From: Bacteroidales bacterium
GTDB lineage: Bacteria; Bacteroidota; Bacteroidia; Bacteroidales; VadinHA17
Direction: 5' to 3'
DNA: 59,441 nt
NCBI GenBank assembly: GCA_034004025.1
Contig: JAVEXM010000004.1
Span: 1 to 59,441 of the forward strand
Positions 1 through 9,321 of the stretch are shown here, one piece after another. Within the stretch, counting starts at the first letter, position 1. Every line of letters starts with the position of its first letter. The notes under the pieces are model-generated. The model had not been told where the DNA came from. It did no database searches and worked only from the letters and a program-made list of their open reading frames with translations. A program made the translations under genes and the position numbers.

Positions 1-2
1 CG

Positions 3-644
3 GCTGAGATCATCGACCCGTGGGATGATGAGAAGTTCTTCAACATGGGGTACAGCCTCGGACTAAATGCAATGACCTTCAGGATAGATCCCTCAGAACA
101 GTTCATGGCATACGATTCTCTCTATCCTTCGAAGAGTAATCCCTCCCCCGGCATCAACATCCACCTCATTGCCAATTTCAGGCTGAACCAGTTCTTTGAC
201 ATCAGGCTGCTGCCGGGCATTTCGTTCGGACAGAGAATGATAAATTTTGACTCTGACCGCGTAACCGATACGGTTTACGGGCCTCAGAAGATAGAATCAA
301 GCTTCATCGAGCTCCCCATCCAGTTAAAATATGGCTGGCGGATGCGTAACATAAAACCTTACGTCATTGGCGGTGTAAACTATCGTTACGACTTCTATGC
401 ACAGGAGAAATATCGCCTGGAAAGACCCGTCTACCTCCGTCTTAACCGTCCTGACCTATACTGGGAAGTGGGTACGGGGATGGATTTCACCCTGTCTCAT
501 ATCAAGCTTTCCGTGGAGCTCAAGATGTCAAACGGCATCGCCGACGTCCTGGCTCATGACCCCCATCCCGATTACCCTGAATACTGCAACTCCATCGACA
601 AACTGAGGTCGCGAATCTGGGTGCTATCGTTTCATTTCGAGTAA
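3..644 (+). CDS. porT: T9SS outer-membrane beta-barrel protein PorT/SprT, 5'-truncated by the window edge
   Basis: Frame is open from position 3 (AEIIDPWDDEKFFNMGYSLG). PorT-like motifs LLPGISFGQR, IESSFIELP..LKY, KLSVELK and C-terminal SIDKLRSRIWVLSFHFE. Confidence 0.85.
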   Translation, partial: AEIIDPWDDEKFFNMGYSLGLNAMTFRIDPSEQFMAYDSLYPSKSNPSPGINIHLIANFRLNQFFDIRLLPGISFGQRMINFDSDRVTDTVYGPQKIESSFIELPIQLKYGWRMRNIKPYVIGGVNYRYDFYAQEKYRLERPVYLRLNRPDLYWEVGTGMDFTLSHIKLSVELKMSNGIADVLAHDPHPDYPEYCNSIDKLRSRIWVLSFHFE

Positions 645-854
645 TTACACTGCATAAGCTTCCACAGGTCAGCGCTGCCCGGCAGTGTAATCTATGAACA
701 TTGTGCATTTGTCCACTCCTCTCCAATGTTGGTCAAAATTATTGCCATTTGTATTCGCAAACATGCGGATTATAAGGTTATTTCGCGAAATTTGCTGACA
801 TGTATAGCGAGGATTGAACGTTATTCCCTCTCCTGGTGTAACTGACAAATATCA

Positions 855-1496
855 ATGAAGTACAATTACAAAAGCCTCTTTGCGTCACAGCACGAGAAAT
901 TCATGGCGATATTGGGTCAGGACTATTTTTCATCACTCCTTATTGATGACGATCTTTCAGATTCTGCTGTGATCATCTCCGACAGGAGGGTATACCAGGT
1001 GGGAAAACTGTATGAGGCAGGTCTCAGGATTCATGGCGGCGGATTGAGGACAAACAGGGGTAAGAAAATTGTCAGCCTTGAGGATGTGACGGGAACAACC
1101 AGCAAGGAGATAATCAAACCTCTTCCGGGATCCGTTCTGGCTTGCCTGGGTCTCATTGCAGCAATACTCGGGCTTCTGTCAGATGTGACCGAGTCAATGA
1201 TAATCATGCTGATCATTGCAGCCCTGCTGATAGCAGCAGGCGTCTTCCTCATTATTAAACTGCGGAAACGTTACCTGATAATAGAGTATGCCGGAGGCAG
1301 CATTGCCCAGCCGGTGAAATTCATCACCGATACGGAACTCAACCTCTTCCAGGGAATAATCTCCGTAGAGAAAGAGAGGCTGATGTCGGGTGCCGGCGAC
1401 CATAAGGAATGCCCCAACTGCGGTGAAAAAATACAGCTATCGGCAAAGATATGCCGTTACTGCGGGGAGACCCAGAAGGAAATCGCTGCAGAATAG
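855..1496 (+). CDS. Membrane protein with two TM helices and a C-terminal zinc ribbon
   Basis: Hydrophobic hairpin in the middle of the ORF; C-terminal CPNCG-x9-CRYCG. Confidence 0.75.
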   Translation: MKYNYKSLFASQHEKFMAILGQDYFSSLLIDDDLSDSAVIISDRRVYQVGKLYEAGLRIHGGGLRTNRGKKIVSLEDVTGTTSKEIIKPLPGSVLACLGLIAAILGLLSDVTESMIIMLIIAALLIAAGVFLIIKLRKRYLIIEYAGGSIAQPVKFITDTELNLFQGIISVEKERLMSGAGDHKECPNCGEKIQLSAKICRYCGETQKEIAAE

Positions 1497-1588
1497 TCTC
1501 CTTTACCCCCTATGAAAGCACGTCGTGGCCGATCAACTGTCAGCGATGCTGCTACATATGCAGGAGACAGGCTTTTCCCGGCAGGTGA

Positions 1589-1774
1589 TTATGCCCCCAG
1601 GCTCCTGAATGCTTCCAACACCAGGAAAACAGGCCAGACGATTGCCTTCAGGAATCCCAGCACGCCCATCCAGAACCCTGTGGCTGTGGAGATGAAATAG
1701 ATGGCTGCGCCTATCAGCCCCAGCCCATAAACGGCACCGGATGCAGGCGTACTGCGATTGATGTTTTCTTTCAT
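1589..1774 (-). CDS. Small hypothetical membrane protein (61 aa)
   Basis: ATG after an A-rich leader; two hydrophobic segments GAVYGLGLIGAAIYF and FWMGVLGFLKAIVWP. Confidence 0.7.
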   Translation of the reverse strand: MKENINRSTPASGAVYGLGLIGAAIYFISTATGFWMGVLGFLKAIVWPVFLVLEAFRSLGA

Positions 1775-2054
1775 AGTCTCTTCCTCCTCAATTTTTTGCT
1801 TTCTTTCAGTTTGTAAGTCCGTCTTTAAATATTACAGTTTTAATATCAGGATGCTAAAATTATTACACACCGGAGTCATATCCAAATTTATTTTTGCCCT
1901 GCCAGGTCAATAATCTCCTGATACTTGTCAACTGATTGCTGTAATTCGTCAAAAAGGATTTTTTGACCAATAGCATCTTATGCTGCCACAGGGCCTCATA
2001 AAATCGCTCTTACAGAGTGTAAATGAAAAATGTACAGATTCAGGCATATCAAAT

Positions 2055-2062
2055 TATCTTTG
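2055..2062 (+). promoter_or_regulatory. Bacteroidota sigma-A -7 element
   Basis: TATCTTTG matches TAnnTTTG, about 77 nt upstream of the ATG at 2139. Confidence 0.6.
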
Positions 2063-2138
2063 CAGAAGAGAGCAAACGGTCCTAAATTGTAGGGTTTCGG
2101 CCCAACCTTTGCGGGTAAGATTTGTTAATGAAGATGCA

Positions 2139-4304
2139 ATGACTAAAATATCGGTTAAAAAAATATTGTTTGCGTCACTTGTCTCTATCTTTTTCCTTAC
2201 GCTCGCTGACGGCAGTTTCACCACAGAGCCGGCAGGCCTTTCGCATGCTGATGGAGGTATGCTGCTGGTCTTCCCTCAGCAGGATTATCCAAACGATTAC
2301 GGAGATGCCCCGTCAACTTACGGTTCGGCAGACCATGTCATCAGCAGCTGGTTATATATGGGTTCTATCCCTGACGGCGAAGCAGCAAGCCAGTTCTCAG
2401 ATGAGGCGGACGGCGATGACCGTAATGGGTTTGATGATGAGGACGGAGTGACATTCCCGGAGATGAAACCGGGGGATAAGATTACTATTCCTGTCAGAAC
2501 GGTGGAGGAATCCTGGTACAGGACCGGTTACCTCAACGTCTGGATCGACTGGAACGGAGACGGGGATTTCTCTGATAAGGATGAACGTATTGCCGACAAC
2601 CAGAGAGTGCAAGGAGGATCATCAACATTTCCCCTGTCGGTTACTGTTCCGTCAGATGCCATTGTCACAAGGCCCACCTATGCCCGTTTCCGGATAGGTC
2701 CCCGAATTAGCAGCCCCACCGGCACTGCCTCCGATGGTGAGGTGGAGGATTACATGATAAAGATCGGTTGCATCGCTCCCGATCCCCCAAAAATTGGCAG
2801 CATAGCCTTTCCGACCTGTGAAGAGCCATATGGAAGTGTGGTTCTGGAGGGATTGCCCTCCAACGGGACCTGGACCCTTACGCGCCTGCCTGACGGGGAG
2901 ACTGTCACAGGCAGCGGGTCGACATACACTTACACGGGCCTGGAGCCAGGCACCTATACTTTTATCGTCAGTATTGAAGGAGGATGTGTCTCCGAGCCGT
3001 CAGAGCCTGTAGTAATTGAACAGGGTCAGTCTGTTCCGGCAGCACCTGTGCCCGGCAGTATTACTCAGCCTAACTGTAACGTATCTACAGGTATGGTGGT
3101 GCTGTCCGGGCTGCCACCTGCAGGATCATGGACCCTGACACGATATCCCGAAGGAATCATCTACACCGGCACCGGGGTGACTATCACCCTCACCGGTCTT
3201 GAGGCAGGAACCTATACCTTCACCGTCGCCAACTCTGACGGCTGCACCTCACTTCCTTCAGCTGAAGTTGTCATCGATCCGCAGCCATCCACACCCACTC
3301 CACCGGTGCCGGGAACAATAACCCAGCCCACATGTGAAGTGCCTGCCGGCAGTGTCATTCTTAACGGATTGCCGGCAGAGGGTCAATGGACCCTGACACG
3401 GTTTCCGGGGACCGTGACCACCACGGGCACAGGCACCTCCTTCACTGTCGACGGGCTCAACCCCGGATCATATAACTTCGCTGTCACCAACAGTGCCGGT
3501 TGCACCTCTGCCGTCTCCACGGTGGTGGTAATCAATCCGCAGCCGGGACCCTTCCCGACTCTGGTGATCACCAATCCGCCACCGGTATGCTCGCCGGGCA
3601 CGGCTGACCTGACTCTGCCGGCCGTAACTGCAGGTTCAACCCCCAACCTCACCTACACCTACTGGGTCGACGCCCGGGCAACGGAACCCATGACAACACC
3701 CTCTGCAGCCCCTGAAGGGACATATTACATCAGGGGAACCATCAGCGGTGGCTGCTCATCGGTAAGTCCCGTTACCGTTACAGGACTCCAATCTCCTACA
3801 GCCAATGCCGGTCCTGACCAGACTCTTACCTATATGTTTCATGCCACCCTGAATGCAGTTCCCCCCGGGGCAGGTGAAACAGGCACCTGGACAACGGAGG
3901 AGGGCTCGGGCCTCTTTGAAAATCCCAACGACCCGGCCACACGGGTCACCGATCTTTCCATGGGTGAAAACATATTGAAATGGTCTGTCTCCAACAGCGC
4001 CTGCCCTCCCGGCTTCGACTACCTGATGATAACTGTACGTAACCTGACGGTCCCCACTCTGATAACCCCAGATATGAACGGCAGGAATGACTTCTTCTTC
4101 CTCGAGGGCATTGAGGCTCTGGGGAAAACCGAGTTCACGGTGTTCGACAGACGGGGGATGATTGTCTATGAGACAGCCGATTATGACAATAACTGGTACG
4201 GTATAGATTATAACGGCAAGGCTCTTCCTGACGATACATATTTTTATGTGCTCACGTCGGAAAACGGCCTCTCTCTCAGCGGTTACATTGTGATCCGCAG
4301 ATAG
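2139..4304 (+). CDS. Secreted GEVED-domain protein with three 86-aa repeats and a T9SS type-B (CHU_C) C-terminal domain
   Basis: Signal peptide from ATG 2139 (preferred over 1980). DYGDAP, WIDWNGDGDF, YARFR and GEVEDY motifs. C-terminus PTLITPDMNGRNDFF..VFDRRG..W.G...LPDDTYFY..GYIVIRR. Confidence 0.85.
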   Translation: MTKISVKKILFASLVSIFFLTLADGSFTTEPAGLSHADGGMLLVFPQQDYPNDYGDAPSTYGSADHVISSWLYMGSIPDGEAASQFSDEADGDDRNGFDDEDGVTFPEMKPGDKITIPVRTVEESWYRTGYLNVWIDWNGDGDFSDKDERIADNQRVQGGSSTFPLSVTVPSDAIVTRPTYARFRIGPRISSPTGTASDGEVEDYMIKIGCIAPDPPKIGSIAFPTCEEPYGSVVLEGLPSNGTWTLTRLPDGETVTGSGSTYTYTGLEPGTYTFIVSIEGGCVSEPSEPVVIEQGQSVPAAPVPGSITQPNCNVSTGMVVLSGLPPAGSWTLTRYPEGIIYTGTGVTITLTGLEAGTYTFTVANSDGCTSLPSAEVVIDPQPSTPTPPVPGTITQPTCEVPAGSVILNGLPAEGQWTLTRFPGTVTTTGTGTSFTVDGLNPGSYNFAVTNSAGCTSAVSTVVVINPQPGPFPTLVITNPPPVCSPGTADLTLPAVTAGSTPNLTYTYWVDARATEPMTTPSAAPEGTYYIRGTISGGCSSVSPVTVTGLQSPTANAGPDQTLTYMFHATLNAVPPGAGETGTWTTEEGSGLFENPNDPATRVTDLSMGENILKWSVSNSACPPGFDYLMITVRNLTVPTLITPDMNGRNDFFFLEGIEALGKTEFTVFDRRGMIVYETADYDNNWYGIDYNGKALPDDTYFYVLTSENGLSLSGYIVIRR
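2778..3551 (+). repeat. Three intragenic 258-nt (86-aa) tandem repeats
   Basis: TGGACCCT (WTL) recurs at 2871, 3129 and 3387. Units share PxC..G.V.L.GLP..G.WTLTR.P, GL..G.Y.F.V and GC.S. Boundaries are approximate. Confidence 0.9.
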
Positions 4305-4337
4305 GGCGGATATGCAGACAACAGCCTCACAGAATCA

Positions 4338-4367
4338 TGAAGGGCGCCCCCGGAGGGACGCCCTTCA
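4338..4367. terminator. GC-rich hairpin between convergent genes
   Basis: TGAAGGGCG(4338-4346) pairs with CGCCCTTCA(4359-4367), with further inner pairs; no long U tract. Confidence 0.6.
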
Positions 4368-4393
4368 CCTTCTCAGTTAACCCAAATCTAACT

Positions 4394-5857
4394 CTAGTAA
4401 CCTGGATTCTGCTGACTGGCAATTGCCGGGTTGGCATCAATCTCAGTCTGCGAAATCGGAAGAATAATCTTGTAGAAATCCCTGGTGATTGTCTTATCGC
4501 GATGTATGATGACAACAGCAGGGGTGATGAACTCATCATTAAACTCTATCGTCCTGTTAAGTCTCAGCATGTCAAAGTACCTGTGACCCTCGGCAAAGAG
4601 TTCCTTGCTCTTTTCATCCATTATCATATCGAGAGTAACGGTAGTCTCATCAGCCGGAGCCAATGCCGGTGACCGCTTACGTATCTCGTTAAGATAACCG
4701 GCAGCCTTCACCCTGTCAGGGGTAGGAAGACCAAGGGCGCACTCTGCTGCAATGAGATAGATCTCGGAAAGCCTTATCACCTTTACGTTGACCGCTGAAG
4801 TTGAACCTTTGTCTCCGGCAAGATCCACTCCTGCGTACTTCCTGCATGAGCCGAACCTTCCCGAGGATGATTCATCGTAATCCATTATACCCCAGCGCAC
4901 ATCAGTCAGGTCTTGACTCATACGTGTGATCCAGTAATCGCTGGCCATGAACCAACCCATGGCATTCTTGACGGTGCCGAGGCGAAGGAGATAGAACCCA
5001 AGCGATCCGCTGCCCAGATCAGCCTCATCCGTATATATGCCGAGTTCAAAAATGGATTCTGATCCGAACTCGTTGGACCATGAATCAACCCACTCCTCAT
5101 TCGAATACAGAGAATAGGGTCCGTCATTTATTATCTCCTCAGCTGCGGCAAGGGCTGCGGTGTAGTTCTCCATGAAGAGGTTAACCTTTGCCTGTATTGC
5201 CAGGTTGGCGTAGTAATTAAGATAGCCGTCCTCCGAAGAAGTTGAAAGCAGCGGTGCACCATCAGTAAGGTCTTTCATGATCTGCTGGTATACTGCCTCA
5301 ACACTGGCCCTGGTAGGCTGTGCGGAAGCATCAAGAGGTTCGAGTATCAGTGGAACACCGAATGATGCCTTATCCATGTTGTAAGGCTTGCCGTACATCC
5401 TGACCAAATCAAAATACATAAGTGCCCGGGCTGTTAAAGCCTGACCCTTGAACTCATTCAGATCGTCAGTTGCATTGCCTGCCTCCTCGATCTTGGCGAT
5501 GTTTGCAAGCAGGTTGTTGGCCTGCAGAATATTGTGATATATCTGCGACCAGAAACCGGAATAGGAGTTGGATGTGGCTGAATGGTTGAAGGTGTAGAGT
5601 GCGTCGAGCCCTCTTCCCTGCGACCGTAATGCAAAATCACCACCTTTGGCATCACCGTAGATGACATAGTTCCTGCCATAGTAATTTGACGATGTCATCT
5701 TCCTCATCAGGCCGTTTATCGCCACCTCGGCGTCGGCCTCATTTGTTATTGAGGTCTCAGCTGCAGCATAGTTACTTGGCTTGACATCCAGAAAACCTTC
5801 ACAGGAGGCCAGTAGTAAGATGCTCAGTACTGTAATTATCGTTGTTATCTTTTTCAT
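4394..5857 (-). CDS. RagB/SusD family lipoprotein
   Basis: Lipobox LLASC; ARALMYFDLVRMYG, IRLSEIYLIAAE, ELFAEGHRYFD and terminal QNPGY. Confidence 0.95.
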   Translation of the reverse strand: MKKITTIITVLSILLLASCEGFLDVKPSNYAAAETSITNEADAEVAINGLMRKMTSSNYYGRNYVIYGDAKGGDFALRSQGRGLDALYTFNHSATSNSYSGFWSQIYHNILQANNLLANIAKIEEAGNATDDLNEFKGQALTARALMYFDLVRMYGKPYNMDKASFGVPLILEPLDASAQPTRASVEAVYQQIMKDLTDGAPLLSTSSEDGYLNYYANLAIQAKVNLFMENYTAALAAAEEIINDGPYSLYSNEEWVDSWSNEFGSESIFELGIYTDEADLGSGSLGFYLLRLGTVKNAMGWFMASDYWITRMSQDLTDVRWGIMDYDESSSGRFGSCRKYAGVDLAGDKGSTSAVNVKVIRLSEIYLIAAECALGLPTPDRVKAAGYLNEIRKRSPALAPADETTVTLDMIMDEKSKELFAEGHRYFDMLRLNRTIEFNDEFITPAVVIIHRDKTITRDFYKIILPISQTEIDANPAIASQQNPGY

Positions 5858-5874
5858 TTTCGTAGCTTTTGTGA

Positions 5875-8800
5875 TCAGAAACTGGCTTCAATACCGAATG
5901 TGTAAGTCTTGCCGATGGGCAGTTCCCAACCCCTGGTACCATATTCGTTTACTTCAGGGTCATACACCTTGTGCGCTGCAAGTGTCCATAGATTGGCACC
6001 GTTGAAATATACCCTCACACCCGAGAGTTTTATCTTACTGACAATTTCGCCGGGTATTGTATACCCGAGTGTGATGCTCTTCAGCCTCAGATAGTCAGCC
6101 GGGTGCATATGCCTGCTGCTCCTCTGGTTGACATCCTCCATGTCAATAGCAACCCTCTGTGGATAAAGGGAGGTCTTGTTTTCGGGTGTCCACCTGTTGT
6201 CATAGGCCCATTGAGACATTATCCTTTCCCAATAATATCCGTCGTCATTGCAATCCTTACCGGCAAAGTCAAATGTGTTTCCTCCAAGCTTATAGGCAAA
6301 ATTGAGTGAGAGACCCAAACCCTTCCAGCCAAAATCGGTGTTCAATCCTCCGAAAAGCCATGGATGAATGTCGCCAAATATGACCATTTCCGCATTGGTG
6401 TAATCATATGTGGCAGGGCGCCCGTCAACTGTCAGGTCGGGTGTCTCTTCGTTATTCAGGAACCAGACGTTCTTCCCGGTCTCATCTTCCACTCCGGCCC
6501 ACTCCGGTCCGTAGAGTGCGAGCGTAGATTCACCCTCTTTGTAGATAAAGCGTGCCCTGGAGTCGTCACCCGTTGGATCCCACCACACAATATCCTGACC
6601 GCCATAGAGCTTTGTAACGGTGGACTTGACATGCGATGCAGTAAGTCCGGCGGTCCAGGTGAAGTCGCTTCTGCGCATGATATCACCGTAGAGTTCAAAT
6701 TCAATACCACGGTTGTTTATCTCACCAACGTTCTTGAGTGTCGACGAGAAGCCTGTGACCATCGAGATGGGCACGTCCTGCAGAAGATCCCTTGAATCCC
6801 TGTTGAAGAACTCAACGGTACCGCCAATCCTGTCATCCAGCAGCCCGAACTCAAGTGCAATATTGTATGTGTAGCTGGTCTCCCATGAAAGGTTGGCATC
6901 AGCGGCCGTGCTTACACCGCCACCTGGTTCCTCCATGTATTTGGAGGTGTAGCTCGTCAGTGAACGCCATCCGTAGTTGGCCATCGGCAGGGTGCCGTTA
7001 ACACCGTATGAAGCCCGTAGCCTGAGTCCTGAAATAACCCCCACATTATCCATGAAGGCCTCCTGGTCAATACGCCATGATGCTGCCAGGGACCAGAAGT
7101 TACCCCAGCGGGTCTCCGGTCCGAGGCGTGATGAACCGTCACGCCTGAAAGAGGCAGAAGCGTAGTATTTGTCATTGAAGTTATACTCGGCACGCGACAG
7201 CATTGAGAGCATGGTGTTGCCCCAATAATAGGCATTTGCATCAAGCTTGCCGGCTGTGGCCACCGTATGCAGGGCACTGGTGGGAAGATTGGTTCCCGAA
7301 GCCCTCTGGTAGTCAGTCTGGTTACGCTCAGCCTCCCAGCCAAGGAGAACATTCACATTATGCCGTGATGCAATCTCCTTGTTGTAATTTAATGTGGTGG
7401 ATGAGACCAGCTTGTTGACATTGGTATTGCTCTCAGTAATCGAACCGTTATCATTGGAACCGCTGAAGTGCAGCGGACTGAAATAAAGATGATCTGCTGT
7501 ATTGGCATTGTCATATGACAGGATCGACTTGAATATCAGTTCAGGAAGTATCGTCACCGTCACAGTTTCATTTGCAAGCATTCGCAGTGTCTTGGAACTG
7601 TTTTCCCACTGGTCATTGTAGTAAACAGGGTTGTAGGCATAACTTCCAAACCTGGCTGTCCAGGGTTCACCCGTCTGGTAATCTGTTGGCCAGTAAAGCG
7701 GCCACAGCAGGTTCCGGCTCTGCAGGAAGTAGTTGGCTCCGGTGGAACGTGAGTCATTGAACCCCTCCTTACCGCTGTTTGAAAGGTTCACATTGGTGGT
7801 AAACTCAATGAACTTGCCAATCTTCTGCGAGAAGTTAATTCTGCCTGTGATACGGTTAAAATTGTTTATCACACTGCGCCCTAACTCATTGGTGTATGAA
7901 AAGGAGGTGTAATAGCTTGATGACTCTGTTGCTCCGCTCACCGAAAGGTCATATGACTGAAAGACAGCTGTACGGAATAGCTCCTTATCCCAGTCGTAAT
8001 ATTTACCGGCCCTCTCGCCCGAAATAGTCAGCGAATTTATCGTGTTGTCAGGAGCAGTGAAGATGTAACCGTGTTTGTTGAACCTCCGGTTGAGCTGATA
8101 GAGTGCACTTTCACTGGCTTCCTCTTGAGTGTCTCCATAACTGTATACGCCTGCATTCCAAAAGTTCTCGTAATACAGCCTGACCTGATCCTCCGGGCTT
8201 GCGGTTTCAAAGTTGTCAGTGGCAAAAGATGGTGTCAGTCCCACTGAAGACTTGAATGAGATGACAGGCTTACCTTGCTTACCCTGCTTGGTGGTAATGA
8301 CTATGACACCGTTGGCAGCCCTTGACCCGTAAAGGGAAGAGGCGGCAGCATCTTTCAAAACGGTGATAGATTCAATGTCATTGGGATTAATAGTGCTCAT
8401 CACGTTATTTGACGTGTAGATGCCCATCTGCGTGACGTTACCCGAGATGACAGGCACACCGTCAACAACATACAAAGGCTCGTTGGAAGCGTTCATAGAG
8501 CCGATACCACGAACCCTGATTGAAGAGGTCGATCCTGCCTGTCCTGATAGTGTGGTAATCTGCATACCGGCGATCTTGCCACCCATGGCATTCTCAAATG
8601 AGAGAGTCGGAACATCCCTGATGGCATCGGCCTTTACAACACTGGCAGCACCGGTGAAGGTACCCCGTGTGGATGTTCCGTAGGCCACAACAATGACCTC
8701 GTCAAGAGCAAGAGCATCAGTCGCCATCACAACATCGATGACTGTCCTTCCGGCTACAGGAATCTCCTGCGTTTTGTAACCGACGTAGCTGAATACCAGC

Positions 8801-9006
8801 ACACCGTCAGAAGGAATATTGCTGAGGCTGTAACGTCCGTCAGCATCAGTGTTGGTCCCCACTCCGCGCGATCCCTTCAGCAGTACCACCGCATATGGGA
8901 TCGGAGAACCATCTTCCGAAGCAGTTACCGTTCCGGTAACCTGTGTCTGAGCCATGCCGGCATTCACCAGGAACACCGACAAAACAATGAAGATTAGTTT
9001 TTTCAT
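5875..9006 (-). CDS. SusC/RagA TonB-dependent transporter
   Basis: Signal peptide, CarboxypepD_reg-like N-terminus, PLYVVDG, IESITVLKDAAASSLYGSRAANGVIVITTK and terminal Phe. Confidence 0.96.
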   Translation of the reverse strand: MKKLIFIVLSVFLVNAGMAQTQVTGTVTASEDGSPIPYAVVLLKGSRGVGTNTDADGRYSLSNIPSDGVLVFSYVGYKTQEIPVAGRTVIDVVMATDALALDEVIVVAYGTSTRGTFTGAASVVKADAIRDVPTLSFENAMGGKIAGMQITTLSGQAGSTSSIRVRGIGSMNASNEPLYVVDGVPVISGNVTQMGIYTSNNVMSTINPNDIESITVLKDAAASSLYGSRAANGVIVITTKQGKQGKPVISFKSSVGLTPSFATDNFETASPEDQVRLYYENFWNAGVYSYGDTQEEASESALYQLNRRFNKHGYIFTAPDNTINSLTISGERAGKYYDWDKELFRTAVFQSYDLSVSGATESSSYYTSFSYTNELGRSVINNFNRITGRINFSQKIGKFIEFTTNVNLSNSGKEGFNDSRSTGANYFLQSRNLLWPLYWPTDYQTGEPWTARFGSYAYNPVYYNDQWENSSKTLRMLANETVTVTILPELIFKSILSYDNANTADHLYFSPLHFSGSNDNGSITESNTNVNKLVSSTTLNYNKEIASRHNVNVLLGWEAERNQTDYQRASGTNLPTSALHTVATAGKLDANAYYWGNTMLSMLSRAEYNFNDKYYASASFRRDGSSRLGPETRWGNFWSLAASWRIDQEAFMDNVGVISGLRLRASYGVNGTLPMANYGWRSLTSYTSKYMEEPGGGVSTAADANLSWETSYTYNIALEFGLLDDRIGGTVEFFNRDSRDLLQDVPISMVTGFSSTLKNVGEINNRGIEFELYGDIMRRSDFTWTAGLTASHVKSTVTKLYGGQDIVWWDPTGDDSRARFIYKEGESTLALYGPEWAGVEDETGKNVWFLNNEETPDLTVDGRPATYDYTNAEMVIFGDIHPWLFGGLNTDFGWKGLGLSLNFAYKLGGNTFDFAGKDCNDDGYYWERIMSQWAYDNRWTPENKTSLYPQRVAIDMEDVNQRSSRHMHPADYLRLKSITLGYTIPGEIVSKIKLSGVRVYFNGANLWTLAAHKVYDPEVNEYGTRGWELPIGKTYTFGIEASF

Positions 9007-9269
9007 TAATTAGAGTGTTAGTTTTAAGGTTTGCACGGTACAAGTTACATGTTTTTTGACATTCACAAAAAAAATTTATAATACATCATATCTGTTATTC
9101 AACATAGAGCTTATGGAGTCTTAAAATTTAACTGGCAAGCCCATCTGATGGGAAACAGAGAACACATGCCGGCTCTGCCCTGATTGGAAAAATGAATCAA
9201 ATGGCCTGTTTAATATGTCATACAAATTATTGCCGAAGGTCAAAAAAGTGTCGGTCTTGTGAAAATTTT

Positions 9270-9277
9270 TAAATTTG
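9270..9277 (+). promoter_or_regulatory. Sigma-A -7 element for the D-aminoacylase-like gene
   Basis: TAAATTTG about 45 nt upstream of the ATG at 9322. Confidence 0.55.
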
Positions 9278-9321
9278 TAAGAGCGTAATTACACTAATTT
9301 TTACATAAATTTCTTGCTATT

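Noticed and set aside
2090..2118. TAGGGTT...GGGTAA as a second ECF promoter or a riboswitch
   Set aside because: Spacing and downstream half differ from the 51805 motif, a sigma-A element lies just upstream, and I recognise no riboswitch consensus.
1980..2138. N-terminal extension of the GEVED ORF
   Set aside because: It spans a -7 promoter element; ATG 2139 gives a proper signal peptide.
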